Below, piece after piece: positions 28,201 through 40,724 of a stretch of 64,000 nt of DNA. Made by a program: the position numbers and the translations under genes. This DNA is from Intoshia linei. Taxonomy: Eukaryota; Animalia; Orthonectida. Every line of letters begins with the position of its first letter. The first letter of the stretch is position 1. The notes beneath the pieces are model-generated. The model searched no databases, was not told the DNA's origin, and saw nothing but the letters and a program-made list of their open reading frames with translations. The DNA is taken from NCBI GenBank assembly GCA_001642005.1, contig LWCA01000047.1, positions 1 to 64,000 of the forward strand, read 5' to 3'.

Positions 28201-30864
28201 CATATTATAATACATTAATTTAGTCATTTATGGAAATGAAAAATTAATAATTGAGGCAATTGAAACTCAGCGGGAAATTGAAAGTACCAATTATGCCAAG
28301 TAAAAATTTTACTGATTTATTAATTATCTTAATAACTTTTAGAAATATTATGTGTACATTTTAATTTTAGAAGCATGATCAAAGTATTCAACCAATTTCA
28401 TAATACATATAGGGAAAGTAATTAAATTATCAAATGTAAAGTATTTAATAATTTCAGATGCATGTGTTGATAAACATAAAGAATGTCACAAATACAAGGA
28501 TTATTGCAAGGATGAAGATATTTTTGGATTAAGAGAAAACTGCAAAAAAACGTGTAATTTATGTGATGAAGGTAATAAATAAAAATAATAGAGAATAAAT
28601 ATCATAATTTATATTAAAAACCAACCATTAGATACTAATAAGACATTATTGGATATTATTAGTTAAAATATATTATATTATATTATACTATATTATATAT
28701 ACTACTAGATTGCTACGATTTTAGTACTCTATGTCTTGAGTTTAAAGAAAAATGTCACACAACAAGTTGGATTAAGGCTTATTGTAAAAAAACTTGTAAT
28801 TCTTGTAATGGTAAAGTTTATTTCATACAAAAAGTTAGTCATACACTATTATAATAATAATTACCATATTAAAAATTCATCAAATATTGTAAAATTAACA
28901 TTTAGCCAGTTGTCAAGATTACTTCGAAGAATGTAAAGGATTTAAACCCTATTGCAGTGTAACATTTAATTAAATAAAACATATAATTTCATACTCCTTG
29001 TAGCATGAATATTATGGAAAACAAATGTCAATATTATGTGCTAAATCTTGCGGTTTATGTGATAGGGGTAATTAAATATATAATTATATATTATAATGAA
29101 TATCATTTACCTAACTTTATACCAATGATTCTCAGACTTTGATACCTACGGATCCCCGGTGAAATTATAATTTTATATACTCTTTGAAACATTTACAGTT
29201 AATAAATACTCCGCACATAACTGTAGTGTAAGTGAAAAATTTTTTTCAATGGCATGGTTTGTAAAATTTTACATAATTAATTTTGTATATTTTTTAATTG
29301 GGATGCCGATAAGTAAACAATATTCAAAAATTGTATTTTGGGTAGGAATTCAGCTTGACCTTGACACAATACAAATTAAATCTTGTGACGTACTTTTTAA
29401 ATGTATTTAAAAATGAATGGATTAGAATGGATTTTAAATGAAAATATTTGCAATGGCCACCTTGAACGACATTCGAAGTAAAATTTTGTTTTCACGGATT
29501 ATAAGAAAAAGATTTGACATGAGTGGTTCTATCCTTCGATTATAATTATAATTTTCATTTTTTTAATAAATAAAATATTAAATTTAGATGGTCGACCTAA
29601 ATTATCTAAAATCAAAATTACAACGTTTACTACAACCACTACAAAAGCCACTACTACTACTAAAACAACTACACCTAAACCTACAACTACAACAACTACT
29701 ACACCTAAACCTACAACTACAACAACTACTACACCTAAACCTACAACTACAACAACTACTACACCTAAACCTACAACTCAAATATATACCACATCAATTC
29801 CTAACCCATATGAAATTAACCATGATTCAGTATTTAATGAGAATAATAATAATATTAATGGTGATCAATTATCTCAGTATGATTACATTAATGTTTCCGG
29901 TAAATTTATTCCATTGATATTGTTAAATATCCAAAAATTGTTAACGATAAATTAACGAATTAATTTTTTATTTTAGATCAATGTCGTGATGTATATGATG
30001 AATGCTCTGAAATTCAATATTATTGTAAATACGATGGGTTGAAGGATTTGTTATCTTCATATTGCAAAAAAACGTGTCTTTATTGCGTCGATCCAAGTAC
30101 ATTTACTTTTATTTATAATTAATACATCAGTAGTGTTATATATTTTTCAATTTTGAGCTACCTCCCAGGGCCGTAGAGAGCGAGCAGAGAATTGTACAGA
30201 AAATTGTAGGCCCATTATAAAAATTAAAACAATTTTTGATTCCTCTATCGCATTGGTTCCCGATTGGGGTCAAAACTATCAGCCACATTTTTAAAATCCC
30301 ACTTTTATCACATCAATAATAAAATTTAATGATATTTAATAGAAAATACTATTTCAAACCCTCAGGTAAAAATCGACTTTTACTGATATTTTTTTAATCC
30401 AATTTCATCAACCCTTAAGGATTCATTGAATAAATTATAGACATGAGCGTAATGTGGCCACAACGTAATATAGTATAACTTATAATGTTTAGGAGATAAT
30501 GATTTTAAATGCATTGATTTATACACCAAATGTGATAGGTATGAATCAAAGTTATGTAGCCATGCGTGGATGATATCAAATTGTCGTAAACGATGTAATT
30601 ACTGTCCAAGTAAACCTTGAAATTTAATATTGTAACGTAAAATTAAAAATTTAGAATACTATTTAATAATTTGATAACATTATATTATTAGAACAAACTG
30701 AGACTGAAAACGAAAATGAAAGCAATGTTTCCAAATTGCAATACGATACATGTACAGATATTCATGAAAATTGTGGTGAATATAAAGGATACTGCCATCA
30801 CAAGGATTTGGAAATGTGGCTGAAAGAAAATTGCAAAAAAACTTGTGAACTTTGTGATAATTAA
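16292..30864 (+). CDS. Secreted ADAMTS-like reprolysin (M12B) metalloprotease with disintegrin-like domain, PLAC-like Cys domain, six ShKT domains and a mucin-like stalk
   Basis: Signal-peptide-like exon 16292-16346 (MYFFSIIFYLFNININAY). Prodomain exons 16403-16584, 17809-17892, 20682-20838, 22745-22907 (KKAKR..YLVEIVFLID). Catalytic exons 24074-~24140, 24504-24587, 24682-24849, 25361-25403, 25565-25670, 25723-~25892 (AAHELGHSLGAVHD). Disintegrin-like exons 26034-26172 (LPGARYTLDEQC), 26217-26321, 26796-26850 (WCIDGECIP). 27910-28164 (CCESC). ShKT exons 28458-28571, 28709-28810, 28906-~29067, 29977-30097, 30493-30609, 30692-30864. Thr/Pro exon 29588-29899. Confidence 0.88.
17914..19008 (-). 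mobile_element. Helitron family H copy
   Basis: 3' hairpin end at 17914-17950 and 5' TC end (tataagttagga) at 19008. Confidence 0.72.
19358..19793 (+). mobile_element. Helitron family H copy, plus orientation
   Basis: Starts a|TCCTTTACTTACATAA..gtctgtg. Ends ctgtttgtacgaagtacataacag (hairpin) tcaag, with the terminal CTAG decayed. Confidence 0.6.
19861..20519. mobile_element. Foldback-type hAT-like MITE with ~300-bp inverted arms
   Basis: Ends taggggtgt / acaccccta. TSD ctgtacat/cggtacat. Arms ~19889-20160 and ~20220-20481 are inverted near-copies, which produces the mirror ORFs 19964+ and 20405-. Confidence 0.85.
21003..22560. mobile_element. Long-TIR DNA element with a possible decayed transposase fragment
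   Basis: ~150-bp inverted repeats at 21003-21150 and 22410-22560. Internal minus-strand frame 21588-21448 reads LTDSAERALQ..YTKEEEIQ. Confidence 0.65.
26412..26723. mobile_element. hAT-type MITE (related copies at 32019-32288 and ~56560-56722)
   Basis: TIRs cagggctcggcaacc / agttaccgatccctg. TSD atttaatt/ctttaatt. Confidence 0.7.
29671..29778 (+). repeat. Coding 30-bp tandem repeat (about 3.6 units) encoding TPKPTTTTTT, a mucin-like stalk
   Basis: acacctaaacctacaactacaacaactact occurs three times exactly plus a partial unit. The frame set by the phase-1 splice sites gives Thr/Pro repeats; the ORF-track LQQL reading is the wrong frame. Confidence 0.9.
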
Positions 30865-31329
30865 ATATTTTGTGTATTTCAATATACACGTAGTATATGT
30901 AGTTATTCGCGATTATTATTAAAAATAACAATATATAATATATGCAACAATATATTACTATAATGAAAATTAAATTAATATTCATGATGAATTTCAAATT
31001 GTTTCAATAACTGCAATACATTGTACTACATTTTGTAGTTTAAATAGTAATTTATCACATAATCAATTAGATGGCGAATAAGAAATACTTTAATCCTCTC
31101 AAAAAATTTTTACAACTTGCAATGAAAACATTAATCCTTAAATTATCGCTAGGTAAATTTTCACAATATCAAATGTAGAAATAAATCTACATTTAACACG
31201 TAAAATTTAAACAGTATTATACTGTTTCGTTAATAAAATATCGTTTTATAAGAGTTATTGTTCCAAGTCTGTATAATATATATTTTAGAAAATAAATTTA
31301 TATAATTTAATGTTTTAATCTATATTAAA

Positions 31330-34300
31330 ATGAAGAGTTTCACTTTTTTGTTAGTCATATTTATACGAACGATTTTTCTAGCACACGGTTAATTTTATCA
31401 TCATGTATTTATATAATATGTTTTTCCAAAACAACATATTAATAATAATATAATGAACAATATATTTAGTATTTCATCAAGAAAATCAACTAGAATCAAA
31501 TTCATTTCCAAGTTCCTTCATTTTAAAATTGAAGTTGAACAATACATATTCTTTTGAATATACAATGAAAAAAACTGTGATTGATAATTTTCCGATTGAA
31601 TTTTATAAAAGTCAAAGTCAGAAACATAATTTTTCAGATATAGTTTTTTTTAAATTTGAATTTACCTATTGTTTCTATTTTAAAATTTAGATTTATGCTC
31701 ACTATGTTAGCAATAATAATGAAGCTGTTATTACTGTGCGACTACATTTTAAAAAACATAACATTCGACAAATTGTAAGTGACATTTATATTGTCTGTTA
31801 CAAAATTTCTAAAAAATTGTGTTTAATTATATTTTTAGTTTACAAAACTTGAATCTAAAATTAATTTTTGTAGTTTGATAAAATTGGGTGTTTTTCATTA
31901 GGGTTTGATTAAAATATATTTTTCTTTATTATCTTTTATCATAGCAGTGGGTTAAAGTACCTAAACTTTATTAATGACAAATATATTTTCCACATAATTC
32001 TGATTACAATATATGATGCAGGGTCGGCAACCAACGGCTCACATAATAATAGTGGTGGCCCTTTGAGTAAATATGTAAACTATTTATTTTTAAAATGTTA
32101 AACGCGATTTTAAACATTTTATACTATAATTGGCTCATTATATATTAATAATTTTTTTTAATATGTTAGAACCATTTCTCTTTAGTTAAAATTGAAATGT
32201 AGCATTTTTAAATTTTCAGAAACGGAACCCATATAATTTTTTGGTATAAAAAAATGGGCCACAAGATTCAAAAGGTTGCCGACCCCTGAATTAAATCATC
32301 ATTTGCATCAACTAAATGATGATAGAAAAATGTATAATGTATTTACATTATTATTATAATAATCATTATCATTGTTCAATGTTGTATCATTGTTATTATT
32401 ATTTTATAAGATATTGAATAGGAAGGAATTTTACTAGCAGAAAATAAAATCTATGAAATCAAACGAGATATACAAGATAGCGAAATTACAACTGAAGACG
32501 AACTGAATGTAATAACAATAAAAATACCAAAACTTACCGAAGGTAATTATCAATATATGGATATACGACACATCCATTTTGAAAATGAAATTTTTTAATC
32601 TGAACAAGATGTGATATTTTACAACTATCAAAAATATCAGTGTCGTAGTGATCCCACCTACCAGGTCGGATATACCATGAATAGTTACTACATTTTTAGC
32701 AGTGTATATGGTGTGCTACACGTTTTTTACTGTACATACATTTAAAATTAAAATTAACCGTTTAGATATCATGAAAAATTATGTTACAATAACAAATAAA
32801 ATTAAAGATTTGCCCAAAAACAATTTAAATCAACCCAATTTTCGTAATGATGGGGAAAAATATAATTCGTCTCAATCTTATTTGATTGAGCTAGTATTTA
32901 TATTGGATAATACAGTTTGGGATGAGTAATTTTTATTCTAAAGATCTATATTTATTACCGGCTCTAGTATATTTGGCACTATAGGTTAGAATGTTTTTAT
33001 AATGCCATAATACAAATACTTTACGTTACTTAACAAAATGTTGACCTAGTGTAAAAGCCCTGCTACTCTCTGAGTTTAAGAATAACTGGTATGCACAATT
33101 ACAATGTAGTGGCTGTTACCGGAAAAAAAACCGTTAAAAATTACCGGGAAATCGTGAAAGTCTCGATTAATTTATTTTCCGAAGATTATAATTTTCACAG
33201 GTATTATGAGAAAAAAATTATATTACATTACTGTGTATAGAATCTATTAAATATTAATTTTGATGATATCAGATAATCAATAAATTAAGGTTAACCAGAT
33301 TATAGAATGAGGGTCGTAAGTCCTGATTCATGCACTATAAAGTTTACAAAACATGAAAAGTTAAGTGGGTCGTAGACGTCAGGCCTTCGACGTTTACAGT
33401 GACACACTATAAAACTAAGCTTAAATGTTTTTTGACCAAAATGATTAAAAACTATTAATGATAATATATTCCATTCATAAATTAAATTAATTTTGCTTCT
33501 AAATTTTTTATCTGAACCTGTAGAACCCGTCTAAAAGATCAATTTATTGAAAATTTCTGTGTTTTAAAAACTATTATAAATCTAGTAAGCATATGACCCT
33601 GATTCGTCTTATAGTAGAGCCGGTTCAGTGTAATTATAATATGTTTAGATTTTTAAAATATGGTGATTCAGCATTAAGTGAACTCAATTATTATTTTAGT
33701 CATATATTAAATGGAGTAATATTATCATAAACAGATAAAATAAATTAATTCATAATTTCACAATTATAATATTAATTTTAATTAATCTAAATTAATTAGA
33801 TTTGATTATAAATGTTAGAAATTACTCGTATAATATCTTATCTATATTTATATCAATTATAGTATTATAGTCATATATCAGCGGTTTCCAAATCTACATG
33901 CTCGGACGACTAGTCATTATAAAAAATTAATATTGTACTAAGACCGTAAAAAGTAATGTAGTCCTAACATTTAAATAATGTTGCTCAGCAAATACCCGCT
34001 AAAGATTTAGTGTTAAATTAACAGTCCATGGTCAAAAGTTTGGGAACACCTATACCAGTGATTCCCAACCTGTGGGTGTTTACCCCCGAATGGATAATTT
34101 GATCTTTTTCATGGGTAATCGCAATTTTTTTTTATTTTTTTTGCGTCGGATTCACAGTAATGTATAAATATAATTTTTCCTAAATGATATAATAATGTAA
34201 TAAATAAACATTGATTTATAAAATTTTAACATTGAAAAAGCGGTTATCCTCATCTCTGATGGAGAAATATCCTAAGAAGATTGTGAAGAAAATTGACATA

Positions 34301-37300
34301 AACATTAATATGATATCTACGTTTTTTCACACTTGGGATCCGCTAATATAACTGATTTTTATTACATTATACCACTTTGATACGATTATTTCAATTATAT
34401 TATTTCAACAAAATATTTATATATTTTATAAAACGAAATGTTTAGATGAATTCAGCATTTCAATCTATAAAAATGAAAAAATGGAATTTTGAAATAAAGC
34501 TAACTCTAAATAAAATAATTATAGTAAAAGTAAGCTTACAGTATATACTCGGGCTGCCTAGTTTTCGTGTAACTACAATATCACTATTTATCTACATAGA
34601 ATATCTGATCACTAACTATTAGATTTCTGCAACACGATCTGAAATGTATTTTTCTTTTTCTTTATTTTTATGTTGATGTTCGCATTTTGACCATCCAGGG
34701 ACAAGTTAAAATGTATTAAAAATATCAAGTTATTTTTATGCATTGACCAATTTTTGTATAAATAATTTGAAATATCTAGAATTTTGATGATGCATATTGG
34801 CTGATTGATTCACTTAATAAAAATGCGACAATTAATGGTCAGAAATTGTTGGATATATTGGGTCAAATGAGAATATCGAATAGTATGGATTTATCAAAAT
34901 ATGATCACGTGGTAAGATTTCAGAAAATTTATTAATTGCATAAATATAATTAAAGAAAGATAATTATAGTTTCTTTACTTATTTTATGAGGATTTGTAAA
35001 ATAAATATATAAATAAATGTCCTTTGTCCAGAAATTGATATATTTTTTATAAATCTTCTTGAAAAAATATTTTACAATGAAAATTTCAAAGAGACAATCT
35101 AATAATTTTATTATCATAATAGATGTACTGGACACGATACATTATAGAAAATGAATCAATAATTGGTATTTAATTATAATTGAATAATTATTAACATATA
35201 CTAACCAGGGATTGAAAATAATTGATTGCAATCAATTATTGTGTATAAACCAATTAATTGTTTGCTAAATATTAATTTTTCAATTACTTAAAAAATGAAA
35301 AGATAATTTTCAATTAATTGGTTTTTTTCATATAACTGAAAAAATATAAATTGAATCCTTTTATTGACGAATGGTGGGATGAAAAATTAATTAATAAACA
35401 GAAAGATAATGTATTTAACTTACTAGCTTGACTTTTATGTACTTCGAACAAACAGCATCCTAGTATTCATGGTAACCACATGACAGTTTTTTAAATTTGA
35501 TTATGATATTGTTATCAATCTTAAATTAATTGAAAAATAATTTTTGAACAAACAATTGCAATTAAATTGGTTGCAATCAATTAATTCCAATCCCTGTATA
35601 CTACTACTTTAAATTATTATTAAATAGGATTTTCACCAATCAGTGGAATTTGTAGCAAGGAAAAATCAATTTCATTATGCCATTATCAAGGGTTGAATTC
35701 TTGGATTATTGCTGCACACGAACTTGGACACAAGTTTTTTTATAGTTTATATACCAAAGGACGTGGAAATGGCATTATAAACCCGTCCAATATTAGAGTA
35801 TTATGGGAAGAATATTTCTTAATGGCTTATTTATTGATCCTACAACTACAATGTTTAGTTGTGTAAACGTTTCATATAATTGGTTTAGTTCATTTACGCA
35901 TATTTAAGTTATATCAATATTTAATAATATGAATATTATTATTATAATAATAAAGGCACATTTTATATAACGAGGCCTAATGCCAGATATCCATGAATTT
36001 TATATCACATCATGTTGCAATTATAAAGATAATATATAGCTTGGGAGGCTTGCACGATGGATCCAAAGAATCTGTAATCTGTTCTGAACACGAAAATTAT
36101 ATTTTAACTCCATCTTACACTGATAAAATATTGAAACCAAGAAATTTGTTCAAATTTTCACATTGTTCCATCATGCAATTTAAGTATACATTGTCTGGTC
36201 AGAAAGATGGGTAATAAATGATTAAAATAAATACAAATAAATATAGATATCCTCGAGTCTGTCTGTTAGACGATAATTGTAGAGGCGTTTTGGAGTATAC
36301 AGTTTCGACTTTACCTGGTGTTAGATATTCTCTGGATGAACAATGCCAACAAATTACAAACGATAAAAATTCTAAGTTTTGCGTAATTAAATCATTACTA
36401 TTCATTATTATCAGTATTTTTCAATTATGAATTGAAATTAGAGTAATCACATCATATAAATCAGAGTTTCCTAACCATTGGCCTGACGGAATTTTTTTTG
36501 TAGGACATTAGATGTAGATATTATATTTGGTGGGCCTGGAAAATTTCATTATTATTATGAAAACTTTAGAATATTTTAATGTTAATTTTGTACAATACTA
36601 GCTTGACTGTTATTTACTTCGTACAAACAGCAGCTAGGTATGTCGAGGGCGACTTTTTAATTTTAAAACCGATCTTTATTATAATATTAGAATACATTCA
36701 ATGGAATATGTGGAACGATATATTGTAAATCTTATCAATCAGAATGTATTAATTACAGTCCAGCTTATCAAGGCACCTATTGTTCGAAAGATAAGGTTTA
36801 TATATAAGTAAAATTAAATTTCAAATTTTGAAATTTCGAGCATCATTTAATTTAGGTTTTTTATCATTATCGGTACGTTTGTAACCATTTGGTGAATTTT
36901 ATGATTAATTTAATGAAAACACCAATGATTATATCAACAATTGTATCATACAAAATTTAGTAGAAATACTCAATATTATAAAAATAAATGTAATATCACA
37001 ATTTATATTGTTCAATAGAAAATGTGGTGTATCAATGGAGAGTGTATTCCCAAAATTTTTAATAATCATGGTATAATTTATATAATACATAATCAATAAA
37101 CATAAATATTAATGTGGGTTGTCATAAGATGTTAGCAGGGTCCCAAAATAAATAGTATGCACTTCGTAGATTATTTTTTATTCTTTTTTTGTATTAGTCG
37201 GCATTTCCAATTAACAAAATGTTAAAATTATGTTAAAATTATATTAAAATTCAAAAAATACAAGTTAATCATAATAGAATTCTTAAATTTAAGCCATTTC

Positions 37301-38400
37301 ATCGTGACCTCACATCTGACAAGAATGCTTCAAACATCACTGGTTAGTCAACCCAAAATTGAGAACCTCAGGTGGCATCATTTGAAAAGTCTTACTTATA
37401 AACATTGAAAATTTTAGGAATCAAAAATTTTACAAGTGTAAACAATTATCAATGCACAAAAAAACTGATATCAACAGATTACGACTTCCAAAAGTGTAAA
37501 AACCTAGAAAATTTTAAATTTATCCTTTTGGATAACGATACAATGCATAATGTTACTTGTGAATCCATTCCATTGCATTTTCCAGCTTTATGTTTTGATA
37601 TGAATGAAATTGAAAAAAATTGTTGTTCATCGTGTCATAGGGCTGGTTTAATTAGCCCTGAATTAATAAAATGTAATCTTTTTCAATATATTATATACAA
37701 TTATCATCAATGATGAATTATAATTTATCATGTATCTTCAAGTACGTCATTTTGACACATGTAAAACAAATCGGGAAAGATGGGTAATTATGAGCAATGC
37801 TCATTGAGTATTATGCAAAAAAAATTATTCATAAACCAACAGTTTACACTAATATAGTTGTGGATCCATAAAATATAAAAATTAGACAGGGAATGGTGTA
37901 ATAAAATAGGTAACATGGAAATTTCTGGCCCAAGGTTTAACGTTTACAACGCACTCCACTATACATGAATGAATTTATTATAATTATAATAATTATTATT
38001 ATTGTTAAACCATAATTTAACAATTCGTTCAATAAACATATACTTTTTTAAATTTCTAGTAGTCCAGTTCGAGCTGGATGCGGCTGTTTATGTCTGTTAA
38101 ATGTGTTATGTTGAAATATTCATCCTAATGTAGATTATGTTATTTCAACAAAATCTTTATAAAATTAAAAGAGAAATATATTTTATGAACCCTTAAAATC
38201 AATAATATCAATGTAATAATAAATTATTAATATGCATTTATACATTTACTTTTACATTTATTTGTTATAAATACATAAATAATTTAGACGAACATGAAAG
38301 AGTGGACTATATCAATGAAAATTTAAAAAAATCTGAAATTGGAAAGTCTTTCTTTTATATACCATCTGTATTAAACGTTATAAAACTCAATGAAAATTAA
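31330..38400 (+). CDS. Tandem paralog of the ADAMTS-like M12B protease, without the ShK array
   Basis: Same exon and phase structure as 16292-30864: 31330-31387 (signal-like MKSFTFLLVIFIRTIFLAH), 31470-31642, 31691-31774, 32422-32542, 32766-32925, 33649-33715, 34446-34529, 34780-34911, 35123-35165, 35628-35733 + 36040-36210 (AAHELGHNLGGLHD), 36248-~36382, 36691-36795, 37019-37070, 37418-37672 (CCSSC). Probable last exon 38288-38400. Confidence 0.85.
32957..33624. mobile_element. MITE with 15-bp TIRs, superfamily unclear
   Basis: accggctctagtata ... tatagtagagccggt. No clear TSD. Confidence 0.5.
35206..35596. mobile_element. hAT-type MITE carrying a Helitron 3' end; partial second copy at ~110-275
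   Basis: ~32-bp TIRs cagggattgaaaataattgattgcaatcaatt. The right half matches 110-275. Confidence 0.75.
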
Positions 38401-38535
38401 ATTTTATAACATCACTGTATTTGTCATGATTAATGTCAAAACATTTTAAAATTTTTGAAATTTTAAACTATGTACCAATATGCGACCCTTTTAAAAACTG
38501 GTTTAGACACCTTAATATATAATTTATTCTATATA

Positions 38536-39171
38536 TCTTTGCTTATATAATATGCTTTGTAATATTTGTTTGTATGTGTGTGTGTGTTACCGTTTATTTC
38601 AATAACTACCAGTCTTAGAATTTTATAAAGTCCCTATTTCAATTAAAGTTTTTTCTGGTGTGTTAGCAAAATAAATTTCAACCTCCCAAACTCATATCTT
38701 ACTGGTCAAAAAGCCCAATTGTCCTTTTTTTGAAAATCAAACGAGTTCGAAAATTTAAAAAAATATATACTCTGATACTGATTTTAGAATCATAAATTTA
38801 AAAAAAATTACAGGTAGTATAGTTGTATCCTATTAACACACACACAAAATTGTTATCTGAATAAGTGATGCCTTCACTGTCAAAAAAGCATTTTAGTATT
38901 CATATTTTTTTTCCTAAATATTTTATTAAAACAAAAAATGTGAAATAATTAACGGTCCGAAAATTAAAAAAAAAGATTATTCTGATAGAGCTTATTCCAG
39001 TTGATATAAATACAAAATTTTAACCCCAGAAATCTATGCATTTCCGGTGAAAAATAATTTTTAATACATTATCAACCTATATTTTACAAATTATTGTTTA
39101 TAGACGTTTTCAAAATATTATTTCAAATAACCGAAATTTGAACATCGATAAAAACCACAAATACAAGCTAG
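38536..39171 (+). mobile_element. Helitron family H copy
   Basis: 5' TC..CTTATATAATATGC plus (GT)n. The body is the reverse complement of 6400-6640. The 3' end is uncertain. Confidence 0.55.
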
Positions 39172-39425
39172 AATCAAATTTTAAAAATTGAAATTTAGGG
39201 TTAAGCGTGGGTGCTGAGATCATAAAATATAAACCATGACAACTTACAAAAAATAAAGTTAACTTTAACTTTTTCTATACTATTTTCAAAAGATATTTAA
39301 AATGATGAGCGCAACTCGAATCGGCATCTTTGCAACACCCCATTCTAGATTATTTTATATATCATGATAATATACCATTTCCGCACTAATCGTCCTTAAT
39401 TATTTGATGGATGTGACACCCTAAT

Positions 39426-40062
39426 CAAAGCCGTTTTAAGGCATGGGCAATATGGGCTGTAATCCAGGGCCCCTCATTAAAACAGGCCCCCAAATTAATA
39501 AAAGTACTTTACATTTATATCTTAAAAAGAGGCCCCAATTTATTAAAAAATACTTCACAATTATATCTTAAGAATCAGTTTATAAGTTTATTGAAGTTTA
39601 AACTTTTTCTAAACTAAAAATAATTAAGAATGAACTTCGAAATTGCTTAGCTCAACCTCGTTTGAATGCGCTCTCCTTAATGTCAATTGAGAATGATATC
39701 AGTTTTGATAATATCATATCTGATTTCTCTCAAAAAAAAGTAAGAAAACAACATTTGTGAAGAATTGTCAAGAATTTTTTGTGAGTGCATGGTGCGTATT
39801 TTCAAATGAAAAAATAAACTTTGTTCATTAATTAATGTAAGTAGGTTTTTGTAAAAGAAATAAAAGTTACTAGAAACCCACATAATATATTTTAATGCTT
39901 TTATTAATACTCAATGAAATAAACCTCTAAGTCTCCAACCAACAGTATGCCCTGTCTTCTAAACAGAAGACCTAAATTTTTTTTATCGCTTCGCTCGAAA
40001 TTTTAAAGGGCCCGGCCCTTATTTGCTGCCCAATTAATTATTTTGCCTACGGGCCGCCACTG
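39426..40062 (+). mobile_element. Non-autonomous hAT element retaining the transposase C-terminal dimerisation segment; related inverted copy at ~53760-54370
   Basis: 39605-39760 translates FSKLKIIKNELRNCLAQPRLNALSLMSIENDISFDNIISDFSQKKVRK, matching the hATC pattern SFSxLKxIKxxLRxxxxQxRLxxLxLxSIE. Imperfect TIRs caaagccg / cgccactg. Confidence 0.8.
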
Positions 40063-40724
40063 CACCTAAGGCTATTGCATAATTTGCATGTAATAAAAAT
40101 AATTTTTAGACAATTTATTTTAACAAAGTACTTTTGGATTACCAATCTTTCCACGAATCATTGGTTCAATTTAATTTAAATATTATAGAAATTTAAATGT
40201 TAAAGTACTATCAATCCTATTCTATGCACTATCCTATTTAAACCCAGACAGTTCACAATAGTTCAAATATTACATAAATGTAAGAAAAATCGTTACGTCA
40301 TCAATGCATTGTAAATTACAATTTGTAATAATGGAAATATCACAAGCCCATTTTAAGAAAGGTTAATTACATATTTTTCATTCGAAATGTATAAGCCTAA
40401 TAATTATAACACATATTTTATAAGGCTATTAAAGTAAAAAAATAATATAATTATCACGATTATAATGACCCATGTGATAGAATTTCGGCTAAAAACGATG
40501 ATATAAAATTACCAGTTGTTTATCAATCAAATCTACTAAATTTGATACTACAATATGTATCAATACAGTAAAGGATAATCAATTTTAGACTTATATAAAT
40601 AAGGTTAAATAACTGAATTATCGTTATAATCGTATTGGAATTTAAAGTAACAAGTGAATTTGAATCTAGTTTTATTGTATTTTGATTATTTCAGACTTTT
40701 ATTGAATAAAATTGAAAAATTTAA

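Noticed and set aside
29588-29917. Leu/Gln repeat ORF (LHLNLQLQQL)
   Set aside because: Wrong frame; the splice phase gives the Thr/Pro stalk.
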